From Betaproteobacteria bacterium (lineage in GTDB: Bacteria; Bacillota; SHA-98; UBA4971), in contig JBLNCC010000063.1 of NCBI GenBank assembly GCA_050260395.1, positions 76-64,075 on the forward strand: a stretch of 64,000 bases of DNA. The letters run 5' to 3'. A program made the position numbers and the translations under genes. Under the pieces are notes generated by a model, which saw only the letters and a list, made by a program, of their open reading frames with translations, was not told where the DNA came from and ran no database searches. This document shows positions 55,828 through 64,000 of this stretch, in pieces; positions within the stretch are counted from its first letter, which is position 1, and each line of letters opens with the position of its first letter.

Positions 55828-56107
55828 CCCCTCCTCATCATGCTAGACCCCCCGGCATCTCAGGTTGAGAACCAGGATGACGCCATTGTGCACCAGGCCG
55901 ACGAACGAAGGATTTCTATGGTATTGCCTGGCCCAGCCTCTTCGCAGAAACTCTTCGCAACGAGGTCACGGGTTATCGGCGAAGTTGTGCCCGCGGGGGC
56001 AAACCAGAAGAGACGGACGATGAAGCCCTAGACTGCAAGGCAAGAATACTTTGGGTGGGCGCAAAGCCACAAGACTGCGCCGCTCCTCCTGAGCCTGCCT
56101 CAGGTGC

Positions 56108-56239
56108 CGGAGGTTGCCGGTGCCGGTGCACATGCACGATCGGGCGTCGAAGATTCGGTGCACCTCCACAGGCTGGCACGCGAACTCGAACAGGACTCGT
56201 CGCAAACGCGCCGTTCCTTGAATGTAACACCGGCAACCC
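56108..56239 (+). repeat. foldback (MITE/REP-like) element, copy 3 (most diverged)
   Basis: GGTTGCCGGTG...TGCACGATCGGGCGTCGAAGATTCGG ... GCGCCGTTCCTTGAATGTAACACCGGCAACCC aligns with the arms of the other copies. Confidence 0.7.
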
Positions 56240-56384
56240 TAGACAGATTTCGCTTACTGAAAGACAGCGTAAACCTGACTTCCAGCCCGGGGCGGCATGG
56301 AAGCCCGGCACCGCGCCCTACCTGGGGTTCACCCCTTGTCAGAGCGGGAGTTGTCCTTGTGCCTGAACCCCGGGAGGAACTCAC

Positions 56385-57800
56385 TCAGGCGCGGCGCACA
56401 GGGATGCCATAAGGGCCGTCTTTCAAGTAGGCTATAGTGGGACTCGTGCCGTTTGCTCTATACCATTCCACCGCCTCATTCACGGCGAGCTCGACCATCC
56501 GCGCCATGTCCGCGAGCGAGCGCGAGTACCGCCTCTCGGGCGGCAAGAGCAGGTTGCCGTCACGCCCGGGCAGGATGGCCGTGTCTTTGGACGTGATGTG
56601 TGGCGCGCAGTATGTGAAGTTCTCCATCGGGATCTTCGCGAAGACCTTCGCCCACATCTGCACCTGCCACTGGTCGGGCACGAACCTCCAGTCAGGGCTG
56701 GTGATGAGGCGCATGTACGCCTCTGGCCCGTGCAACGCCAGAAGATGCAGGACGGTCCTGTAAGTCGGGCCCCCCACAGGATCCGTGTCGACGTTGTTGG
56801 CCCCCATGACTAGTCTTCCGCCGGGTTTCAGCACGGGTATGGCGACGACCGCCGCCTTCGCGGCCTGGTAGTGGTTGATCCCAACGAACCCCGCGTGGGT
56901 CACGACGATGTCGTATTCCCGGTCGATTGGAATGCTCACGTATTCCGCGAGTTTCCTCGTGGCCATGAGGTGGGCCGCCTCCAGGTCTCCCGCATACACG
57001 CCTGTCACCTCGAACCTGCTGTTCAAGGTGACGTTGACTATGAAGTCAACCCCCGCCATCTTCGCAACCTCAAGGGACTCCTCGTGACAAGGGTTCCCTT
57101 CAAGGACGAGGTCGCGCGCGTTCGGCGACGAAAGGAACTCCGGCCCGTGAAAGACGTACGTGCTCTCCTCCCCGATGAGGCCCGGGCAGACAGACTTCCG
57201 GCCCCCCGACGTTCCGGCCATGAAGTGGCTCTCCACCAGCCCGGTCAGGATCTTCACGTCCGATTCCAGGTAAGCTTTGTTGATGAGCACGTGGGTCCCC
57301 CGCGACGTCGTGCCCAGGCTCGCAAGGCTCTCCCGGTCGCGGCAGTCATGACACACGATCTTGACGCCGCGAGAGAGGACGGCCGGATCGATCATTTTCT
57401 CCACCTCGTCCCCGGACAGGACCCTGTGGGTGCCCGTGGCCACTATTATCGTGATCCGGCCCGGCTCGATCCCCGCGTCGATTAAGGTGTCCATGACCGG
57501 CGCGAGGATCCCCGCCTCGCCCCGGTAAGGCACCGGCCTCGTGTTGTCCGAGATGACCACGGCCGCCGTAGCCCCCGGCCTGCCCTCGCATTTGCGCCGC
57601 ACGAGCTCCGCAAGGCTCGGCGAGCCTATCGGCCTCGCGAGAGCCTCCCGGATCGCCCGGGAAGGGTTCCCGAGCGGCCCGGGCTCCGACATGGAAAGGC
57701 AGACTGTGTCAGCCGGAAGCTCGACGTTCACCGACTCCGCCCCGAATACCATCGGAAAACGCGCCATCTTAAAGCACCGCCCATCCCGAACGACTTTCAT
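56385..57800 (-). CDS. LarA-like (DUF2088) nickel-pincer-dependent racemase/epimerase family protein
   Basis: 471 aa with the LarA_N-like pattern (...AVVISDNTRPVP..., ...IIVATGTHR...). ATGA overlap with the upstream Fe-ADH stop. Confidence 0.82.
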   Translation of the reverse strand: MKVVRDGRCFKMARFPMVFGAESVNVELPADTVCLSMSEPGPLGNPSRAIREALARPIGSPSLAELVRRKCEGRPGATAAVVISDNTRPVPYRGEAGILAPVMDTLIDAGIEPGRITIIVATGTHRVLSGDEVEKMIDPAVLSRGVKIVCHDCRDRESLASLGTTSRGTHVLINKAYLESDVKILTGLVESHFMAGTSGGRKSVCPGLIGEESTYVFHGPEFLSSPNARDLVLEGNPCHEESLEVAKMAGVDFIVNVTLNSRFEVTGVYAGDLEAAHLMATRKLAEYVSIPIDREYDIVVTHAGFVGINHYQAAKAAVVAIPVLKPGGRLVMGANNVDTDPVGGPTYRTVLHLLALHGPEAYMRLITSPDWRFVPDQWQVQMWAKVFAKIPMENFTYCAPHITSKDTAILPGRDGNLLLPPERRYSRSLADMARMVELAVNEAVEWYRANGTSPTIAYLKDGPYGIPVRRA

Positions 57801-59110
57801 TTCATGTTCTTGATGAGACTGAAATCCCCTGTCTTGGCCGCGAGGAGAATCGGCCTCATGTACTCTTCGACGATGGACGCAGATAGGGGCACGGGCATAT
57901 TCTTCAGCTTCATGTCGAGCTGCGGATCTTTCGCGGCCGTCATGGCTCGCTCAATGTGCTCGTCGGTGAACCCCGGGATCTCCGAGAGCGTCGTCGGGAA
58001 ACCCACTTTCCTGCTGAGCTTCACCATACCCTCAGCGACCGCGAGACCGAGGTCGCGGCCGCCTAGCCTGTCGAGGTCGGCCGAGATGTATCCGCGCCGC
58101 TTGTAGATCTCGCCGACCACACGAAGCTGATCCTCCACCGCCGGGGCGAAGAACACGGTGTAGTACGGGTTCATCACGGCGCACGCACGCCCGTGGCTCG
58201 CTATGTCCACCAATGAGAAACTCGTAAGATGGGCGCCGTTCGTCCCTCCCACCATAATGGCGTACCCGCCCAGGTCTGTGGCCAGCCCCAACGCTTCGCG
58301 GACCTCATCGTTCCTCGGATCTTCGATGACCCTCTCCATGTTGGCCACCGCAAGCTCGATGCCGACCTCCGCGATCTCCCTCGCGAGGTCATAGTGCTGA
58401 CGACCTATCCCGAAGAACACCTCGAGGCAGTGGGCTATCCCGTCGAAAGCTCCGTCCAACGTCATTCCCTTGGGCATGCTCTTGGTGACCGCGTAGTCGA
58501 AGACGGCGCGCGACGGCACTATCGCCTCGTCCACGATGAGCTTCTTCTGCCCGGCCACGGGGTCGGTCACGTTTGAGTACTTCGTCAGGTGCGCGCCCGA
58601 GCTCGCCGCGCTCTGGACCGCCACCATGGGCAGGAGGCTCTTGCCAGTCTTGGCCAACGCCGCGCTGACCTGCCCCGTGCCGAAGTACGGATCGATCTCC
58701 GGCTCGTATCCGCCCAGGCTTGCAAGCACGTTCGCCGCCTTGACCGCGTCGATGGTGCTGCCTCCGCCAACGGCTATGAGGCAGTCGGGTTTGAACTGAA
58801 GCACGTATGTGGTGATCCGGTACACGTCTTCTCTCGGCGCATTGGGGGCGGCGTCAGGGACGATCCGGTCTCCCGCGAGCTTCACGCCTCTCTTGGACAG
58901 CGACTCCATTACCGGATCGACCACGTGCTTGAACCAGTCGGCGCGGTTCGCCACCACAAGCGCGCTCCTACCGAACTCGGAAGCAAACTCGCCGACCTTG
59001 TCGAGGACTCCGAGGCCGAAGGCGTACCTATCGCCCTTGAACCCCTTCAGAAGCTCCTTTGCCCTAGCCTTCAAGTGTTCCAACTCTGCCATTGTCCGAG
59101 TAACCTCCAT
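57797..59110 (-). CDS. iron-containing alcohol dehydrogenase family protein
   Basis: GGGSTIDAVKAA motif; 437 aa. The start may be the MAELEH Met (59092), which has GGAGGT upstream. Confidence 0.88.
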   Translation of the reverse strand: MEVTRTMAELEHLKARAKELLKGFKGDRYAFGLGVLDKVGEFASEFGRSALVVANRADWFKHVVDPVMESLSKRGVKLAGDRIVPDAAPNAPREDVYRITTYVLQFKPDCLIAVGGGSTIDAVKAANVLASLGGYEPEIDPYFGTGQVSAALAKTGKSLLPMVAVQSAASSGAHLTKYSNVTDPVAGQKKLIVDEAIVPSRAVFDYAVTKSMPKGMTLDGAFDGIAHCLEVFFGIGRQHYDLAREIAEVGIELAVANMERVIEDPRNDEVREALGLATDLGGYAIMVGGTNGAHLTSFSLVDIASHGRACAVMNPYYTVFFAPAVEDQLRVVGEIYKRRGYISADLDRLGGRDLGLAVAEGMVKLSRKVGFPTTLSEIPGFTDEHIERAMTAAKDPQLDMKLKNMPVPLSASIVEEYMRPILLAAKTGDFSLIKNMK

Positions 59111-59115
59111 TCTGA

Positions 59116-59604
59116 CTACTGCTGTCTTTGGGTTGCCGCTGCTCGCTGCGCTCCGAAGGAAACAATCTGGACCAGCTCGTCCACGGAGATCTCATCCTTC
59201 GCGAAATCCCCGACCTTCCTCCCGTGTTCCAGAACGACTATCCTGTCGGCCACGGGGTACACGTGATACAGGTTGTGGGTGATGAATATCACCGCGAGCC
59301 CGCGCCTGCGCACTTCGTCGATGTAAGTCAGTACTTTGTTGGTCTCGTGCACTGAGAGCGCGGACGTGGGTTCGTCCAGGATGAGTAGTTTCCCGCCGAA
59401 GTGCATGGTCCTTCCGATGGCTATCGCCTGGCGCTCCCCGCCGGAGAGGACGGAGACCTCGTCGTTCGCGGACCTCACCCGAATGCCGATGTCCTTGAGA
59501 GCTTCCTCCGTGACCGCCCGCATCTTCCTTCCGTCGAGCAGGCGAAAAATCCCCACCTTACGCTGCGGCTCCGCGCCCAGGAAGAAGTTCCTCGCGATAC
59601 TCAT
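59116..59604 (-). pseudogene. 5'-truncated ABC transporter ATPase remnant
   Basis: Encodes only the region from the Q-loop area onward (LSGGERQAIAIGR signature, LLILDEPTSAL Walker B, H-loop ITHN). There is no Walker A. The reading frame upstream closes at a TAG 9 codons before the first Met. Confidence 0.75.
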
Positions 59605-59670
59605 GTCCTCGATGAGCGCAAGATTAGGTGGCTAACGTGGCGAGCGTCCAGATCCGCAGATCATCGTGGC

Positions 59671-59690
59671 CATCCGGCTACATCCGGCTA
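59671..59690. repeat. exact 10-bp tandem duplication (CATCCGGCTA x2)
   Basis: Read directly; in the 126-nt gap between the PFK stop and the ABC remnant. Confidence 0.95.
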
Positions 59691-59730
59691 CGACGCCGCT
59701 CGCCCGGCAACTCGCAGACACCTCCGGTCT

Positions 59731-60945
59731 TCACGCGTTCACGGGAATCCGCTCGAGCCTGGTGTACGGCTGGAGCGGCCCACCCATGAGAGGCAACGCG
59801 TATTCGACGAACTTACCGGTAACGTCGTTCCCTGTTTCGTTTATGAAGTCGTCCGGCACAAGCTTCTCTTCATTGGCTACGACCGCCAAATCGCATGTCC
59901 CGAGCGCCACCTCATACTTCGGCCCGGGCTTCCGCAGGATGACCACCATCTTGTCGGTGATTCCTTGGACCGCGCACCTCACGGCATGCCGGCCGACCTC
60001 GTATGCTTCGTCAACATCGACCGGCGAGGCCAACACCGCGGACACCCTCTGGATTGTGCCGGGCTTGTCACATCTCGCCTTGAGCTTCAGGTTCGTCGCT
60101 ACGAGGTCGCAAAGGAATTCCCCAACCCCGCCGAGCTGCTTGTGGCCGAACTTGTCGGTGTCGATGGACCGGGACGAAGCTGTGATATACCTGCCCGTCT
60201 CGTCCCTCAGGCCTTCGCAGACCGTCACCACGCAGTGCCCGAGCCTGTCATACACGGCTTTCACGTCCGCAAGGAACTTCTCAGGGCGGAACGGCCGCTC
60301 CGGCAGGTAGATGAGGTGCGGCGCGGCGTCTTTGTGATCTCTCGCGAGCGCGGTGGCGGCGGTGATCCATCCGGCGTTCCTGCCCATGACCTCAATGACC
60401 TTGACGTTGTCCACGACCCCGATTGCCTCGGTGTCGAGCCCGGCATCCCTGACCGCGGTCGCGACCCAGCGCGCGACGCTCCCGTAGCCCGGAGAGTGAT
60501 CCGTCACCGCAAGGTCATTGTCTATGGTCTTGGGAACGGCCACGACAGCGAGCTCGTAGCCCGCCTCTTTCGCAGCCTTGCTCACCTTGTTGGAGGTGTC
60601 CGCCGAATCGTTCCCGCCGATGTAGAAGAAGTAGCGGATGTTGTACTTCTTGAAGACCTCCACCAGCCTCGCACAATCCTCCACCGACACCTTGTGCCGG
60701 CACGACCCAAGGGCCGCCGAAGGCGTCGCCCGGAGCCCCCGAATAACGGAGGGCTCTTGCTTGCCGAGGTCGATGAAATCCTCCTTGAGCATCCCCAGGA
60801 CACCATGCACTCCCCCGTAAACGCCCTGGATCTCGGCGTGTCCGAGCGCTTCCTCGATCACCCCCGCGAGGCTCGCGTTTATCACCGCGGTCGGCCCGCC
60901 GGATTGTCCAACAACCGCATTGCCCTTCAACGGCATGCTCATCAT
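59731..60945 (-). CDS. 6-phosphofructokinase family protein (long, PPi-PFK-like type)
   Basis: GQSGGPTAVINAS, YIGGNDS and PKTIDNDL motifs; 404 aa. Confidence 0.9.
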   Translation of the reverse strand: MMSMPLKGNAVVGQSGGPTAVINASLAGVIEEALGHAEIQGVYGGVHGVLGMLKEDFIDLGKQEPSVIRGLRATPSAALGSCRHKVSVEDCARLVEVFKKYNIRYFFYIGGNDSADTSNKVSKAAKEAGYELAVVAVPKTIDNDLAVTDHSPGYGSVARWVATAVRDAGLDTEAIGVVDNVKVIEVMGRNAGWITAATALARDHKDAAPHLIYLPERPFRPEKFLADVKAVYDRLGHCVVTVCEGLRDETGRYITASSRSIDTDKFGHKQLGGVGEFLCDLVATNLKLKARCDKPGTIQRVSAVLASPVDVDEAYEVGRHAVRCAVQGITDKMVVILRKPGPKYEVALGTCDLAVVANEEKLVPDDFINETGNDVTGKFVEYALPLMGGPLQPYTRLERIPVNA

Positions 60946-61051
60946 CCTCCCGTGTGTGGCTGGTACGCTCCGCTCCCTGCCTCGTTGCCTTCACCCGACA
61001 CCCCGTGATCCTCTAAGTGAGGGTGCGTTAGTCCTTGCCCCATTTCCAGTA

Positions 61052-61190
61052 GTTGCCGGGTTGCCGGTGTTGCACTCGGGGACGGCGCCCCGAGCAGGGC
61101 GCGCTTCGCCAAAAACCGCCCCGCCAGGCCGGTGGCCGGATTTTGACGCCCCTCGTGCAATCACCGGCAACCCCTCCCAATAGTCGGAAG
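61052..61190 (-). repeat. foldback (MITE/REP-like) element, copy 4 (best preserved, inverted)
   Basis: Arms 61058-61084 (GGGTTGCCGGTGTTGCACTCGGGGACG) and 61145-61173 (GACGCCCCTCGTGCAATCACCGGCAACCC) pair almost perfectly. The reverse complement aligns with copy 1 over the whole length. Confidence 0.85.
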
Positions 61191-61228
61191 CGTTTTTGCA
61201 CCTCCACCTAGACCCAATCCCGCGATCC

Positions 61229-62278
61229 TCAGACGAAGTAGCGAGTTATCGCGTCCATGTCCTTTCCGCGCGTCTCCATGAGCACCCGCGTGGCAGCCTC
61301 CACATCCAGCCCCCTGTGGACTATCTCGCTGACAGCGACCGCCACGGCACGAGGATCGTCCTTGCCAGGGAAGGTCACGTTCCTGCCAACGAGCGCGCCC
61401 CGTATCGTAGCGCCGGCGCGCATTCCCGCGGCGAACTCCTGGAGTATGCCGGTGGGATCGCCGGTCGACTCGCCGCCAAGCATGAGTATGGGGCAGGTCG
61501 TGGCTCTCGCGACCTTGTCAAACCCCTCGCAGTACGGGATCTTCAACCACGTATAGGCGCTGGATTTCCCGAGCCCGGCAGCGACCCCCACGATCTTGAT
61601 GAGCGCCTCCGCCTCCTTCAAGGTCTTGAGCTTTCCCTCAACCCTCCCCAGCATGAGGGCTTCGAGGAAAACGGGAATTCCCAAGTCAACGAGCTCGTTG
61701 ATGGCTTCCACGCAGTACATGATCGTCTTGCCGGAATCCGCGTTCTCGGGATCCAGCCTGAACATCACCTTCGCCCCGTCGAGCCCCATGTCGGCGATGG
61801 AATCCGTGGTGTAGGCGGTCATCCTATCATCCATCTCGAACGTCACGCCCGCCAGCCCGCCCCGGTTCATGCATCCCAGAATGACCTTCTCGTCCAGGAA
61901 CGAGGGCCCCCCCGCCTCCTGCAGGAGGTAGTCGAGGACGAGCAACTCCTCGATTATGTCGGGCGTCGCCATCACCCCGTCGAAGCCGGGGTCGGTGAGC
62001 ACTCTCGCTACGCGCGCAAGCAGGCTGTACCTGTCCCCGATCGCCACCGGATCGTCGCCGACCTTCGTGACCATCCGCGCGGGGTGGTCGGTCGCGAGGA
62101 TCGTCAGCTTGCCATCGCGCGTGAGTGCCCGACGTCTCTTGCGGCTCTGGGCGATCTCCCGAATCAAGCCGGGCTCGTTCACACGAATGTCAACGATCTC
62201 GTCGCATATCCTGGCAGGCAAGAAGTCCTGCGCCCGGAACTCGTATCCTTCGATGGAGTATCCAAACCTTCCGGACAT
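61229..62278 (-). CDS. class I aldolase-like TIM-barrel protein (DhnA/FbaB/LacD superfamily)
   Basis: ILATDHPAR, GFDGVMATPD, WLKIPY (candidate Schiff-base Lys) and LMLGGE motifs. GGGAGGTG RBS 6 nt before the ATG. Confidence 0.75.
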   Translation of the reverse strand: MSGRFGYSIEGYEFRAQDFLPARICDEIVDIRVNEPGLIREIAQSRKRRRALTRDGKLTILATDHPARMVTKVGDDPVAIGDRYSLLARVARVLTDPGFDGVMATPDIIEELLVLDYLLQEAGGPSFLDEKVILGCMNRGGLAGVTFEMDDRMTAYTTDSIADMGLDGAKVMFRLDPENADSGKTIMYCVEAINELVDLGIPVFLEALMLGRVEGKLKTLKEAEALIKIVGVAAGLGKSSAYTWLKIPYCEGFDKVARATTCPILMLGGESTGDPTGILQEFAAGMRAGATIRGALVGRNVTFPGKDDPRAVAVAVSEIVHRGLDVEAATRVLMETRGKDMDAITRYFV

Positions 62279-62439
62279 TCATTGCACCTCCCGCGATCCC
62301 TGATACGGTACGGACATCCGGGGCGGCACGGGCGCCATGCGGTCCTCGCCGCCGTCCCAGAAATCTCACGCATGATGATGGATAAGCCCTTGAAACGCAC
62401 GGCTGCAGCAGCCGGCGGCGCCCGCCTGCTTTCGCGCCT

Positions 62440-63252
62440 TTACCTTCCCCGAGGTCCGAGGAGAGGCGCCAGGCCCTCGTAAGTCCGGGTGTACGCCGCG
62501 CGGACATCCGGCTTGTGAAGTATCTCCGCTGAAAGGTAGCCCTGGTATCCCGAGTCGCGCAGCGTCTCCACGATCTCACCGAAGTCCAAGTGTCCGTAGC
62601 CCGGCGCCCAACGGTTGCTGTCCGCCACGTGTACGTGCCATATCCTGCGCGCCGCCTCTCGGAGCGAGCGTGTGATCGACGGCTCCTCTATGTTCATGTG
62701 GAAAGTGTCCACAAGCAGGCCTACGTTGTCGCCGGAGGCTTCCGCCATCGCAAGCGCGTCCGCGACGGTGTTGAGGAGGTCCGTCTCGAAACGGTTCATG
62801 GGCTCGAGGAGCAGCCTCACGCGGCGCGAAGCGGCGTACATGGCGACTTCCCGCATCCCCGCCGCCACGCACTCGGTAGCACGCTCCGGGCCGAGGCCGT
62901 CCTTGGCCCGACCGCGGATGAGCCCGACTATCACGTGGGCGCCGAGCTCCGCCGCAAGGTCTACGTGGGCTTTCAGCCGCGACACGGCGCCCTCGCGCCG
63001 CGCGGCGTCTGGATGGGATAGGCTGAGCCCCTCTGCGTATGCGGCCCCCGTCCCGAGCGCCGGGACCTCGAGGCCGCGGGCGGCCAGAAGACGCTTCAGC
63101 GACGCGGGGTCGAGGCTCCTGGGATCGCCTATCGCAAGCTCGACGCCGTGGAACCCCACCTCTGCGGCGAGCCCCACCGCTTCTTCGAGCGGTATGTCCG
63201 CCGCGAGCGGTGTCGCTTTCGGTGTCGCGTTCGCCACAATGCTCAATTTCAT
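62440..63252 (-). CDS. sugar phosphate isomerase/epimerase (xylose-isomerase-like TIM barrel)
   Basis: 270 aa with the family pattern (GFHGVELA..., VHVADSNRWAPGYGHLDF). GAGGTGA RBS. Confidence 0.85.
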   Translation of the reverse strand: MKLSIVANATPKATPLAADIPLEEAVGLAAEVGFHGVELAIGDPRSLDPASLKRLLAARGLEVPALGTGAAYAEGLSLSHPDAARREGAVSRLKAHVDLAAELGAHVIVGLIRGRAKDGLGPERATECVAAGMREVAMYAASRRVRLLLEPMNRFETDLLNTVADALAMAEASGDNVGLLVDTFHMNIEEPSITRSLREAARRIWHVHVADSNRWAPGYGHLDFGEIVETLRDSGYQGYLSAEILHKPDVRAAYTRTYEGLAPLLGPRGR

Positions 63253-63356
63253 TCCAGCGTCACCTCGGTCATTCTCGCGTCATTCCCGCGTAGTGCCCGC
63301 AGCCCCCGCAACGCCCCGACGGGAGGAGGGAGCCGGTTGCAGGCCCCTCACCGCGC

Positions 63357-64000
63357 TCACGCCGGCGGATACACCAAGGAATAAATGCTCCGCCCGCCGG
63401 GCGCAAGAGGCCCTTTCAAAACCGCCTCGATGTCCTCGCGGCGCCGCTGGCTCATGTCTTCGATGGGCGGGAGTTTGCCGGGCGGGAACGCCTTGAGGAT
63501 GTCGTCATGCAGCTTCACCATGTAGTCCAGGAATGCTTCCACACCCGGCCTCGCCTTCTCGGGATCGGCGAGCGTGGGCTTGCCGACGCATCCCTCGGGC
63601 GTAGCGGCATATTCAGCCGGACCGCAACCAATGTGCCCGTACCACGCTATCGGCCTGTGAAGCAGGTTGCCCGCCTTGTCCACGTGCCCCTCGGGTAGAT
63701 AGCCCCTAGGCGTCGTATCCACCGCCTTCGACTGATCCATGAGCTCCGGGAACAAAGCCAAGCTCCACGACGTCTCCACTTCGTCGGCGTGAATGAAAGG
63801 AGTCTCGTACACGCCGCCCTGGTCTCTCAGCTTGAAGTGGTCCTGCACGGCGTGGTACCAGTTGACGTTGATTATGATCGTGGGCACCTGGTACGTCTTC
63901 CCGAACTGGTGTATCGCCGTGGGAATAACGTACTCCTGGCCGTGCCCGTTGAGAAGTATCATCTTGCGGAACCCCATGTTCCAGAACCCGGCCATCATGG
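63357..64000 (-). CDS. creatininase-family hydrolase, second paralogue (5' end outside the window)
   Basis: MILLNGHGQ aligns with IVFVSHHGSN of the 9040-9903 paralogue. About 100 N-terminal residues must lie beyond nt 64000. Confidence 0.8.
   Translation of the reverse strand, partial: MMAGFWNMGFRKMILLNGHGQEYVIPTAIHQFGKTYQVPTIIINVNWYHAVQDHFKLRDQGGVYETPFIHADEVETSWSLALFPELMDQSKAVDTTPRGYLPEGHVDKAGNLLHRPIAWYGHIGCGPAEYAATPEGCVGKPTLADPEKARPGVEAFLDYMVKLHDDILKAFPPGKLPPIEDMSQRRREDIEAVLKGPLAPGGRSIYSLVYPPA

Noticed and set aside
59401-62482. 535-aa (59401-61008) and 428-aa (61196-62482) plus-strand ORFs
   Set aside because: They are antisense to the PFK and aldolase-like genes, which carry strong family motifs and good RBSs. 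The plus-strand products are Arg/His/Pro-rich and unrecognisable.
1-64000. CRISPR arrays, tRNA/rRNA genes, transposases, integrases, prophage or classical defence operons
   Set aside because: I found no series of three or more regularly spaced repeats, no tRNA-like T-arm/acceptor patterns in the intergenic regions I read, and no ORF with recombinase, transposase, Cas, RT or nuclease hallmarks. The short tandem duplications have only two units each.

Overview
64-kb bacterial chromosomal segment. It is GC-rich, with Firmicutes-like hallmarks: GGAGG-type RBSs, an ECF transporter, a Spo0E-type domain and many ATGA-coupled genes. My hand counts of sampled 60-nt lines give about 54 % GC for 1-15.7 kb, 65 % for 16-48 kb, 55 % for 48.3-55.8 kb and 65 % for 56.4-64 kb. 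I call about 55 protein genes, nearly all in uptake/catabolic cassettes: (i) a FadR-headed minus-strand array with UPF0261, a DapA-like aldolase, a creatininase-family hydrolase, three dehydrogenases, a TAXI-TRAP transporter and a cupin; (ii) flavodoxin, DUF169, aldehyde:ferredoxin oxidoreductase and a GAF-PAS sigma-54 activator flanked by two near-consensus -24/-12 promoters, the second driving split transketolase + DctPQM TRAP + SDR; (iii) a GT2 / UPF0104 / GT39 lipid-linked glycosylation trio; (iv) MATE, Gfo/Idh/MocA and a Spo0E-MEDS fusion; (v) a nucleoside island with a BMP-type ABC importer, a deaminase-like amidohydrolase, two PNP/Udp-family phosphorylases and an ECF transporter; (vi) GH4 + PfkB + sugar ABC; (vii) LarA-like, Fe-ADH, PFK, class-I-aldolase-like, TIM-barrel isomerase and a second creatininase paralogue cut by the window end. 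I found no rRNA, tRNA, CRISPR, transposase, integrase or recognisable defence operon. The only DNA-modification gene is an orphan Dam-family methyltransferase at the left edge. The least expected signals are non-coding. There are two unrelated dispersed intergenic repeat families: a ~135-nt foldback element (4 copies) and a CATGTGCG-type element (4 copies, all in the first 15 kb). There are also several exact short tandem duplications and unusually long unassigned leaders and spacers. No single clearly novel multi-gene system stands out. All functional calls rest on my recognition of family motifs in the supplied translations, not on database searches.
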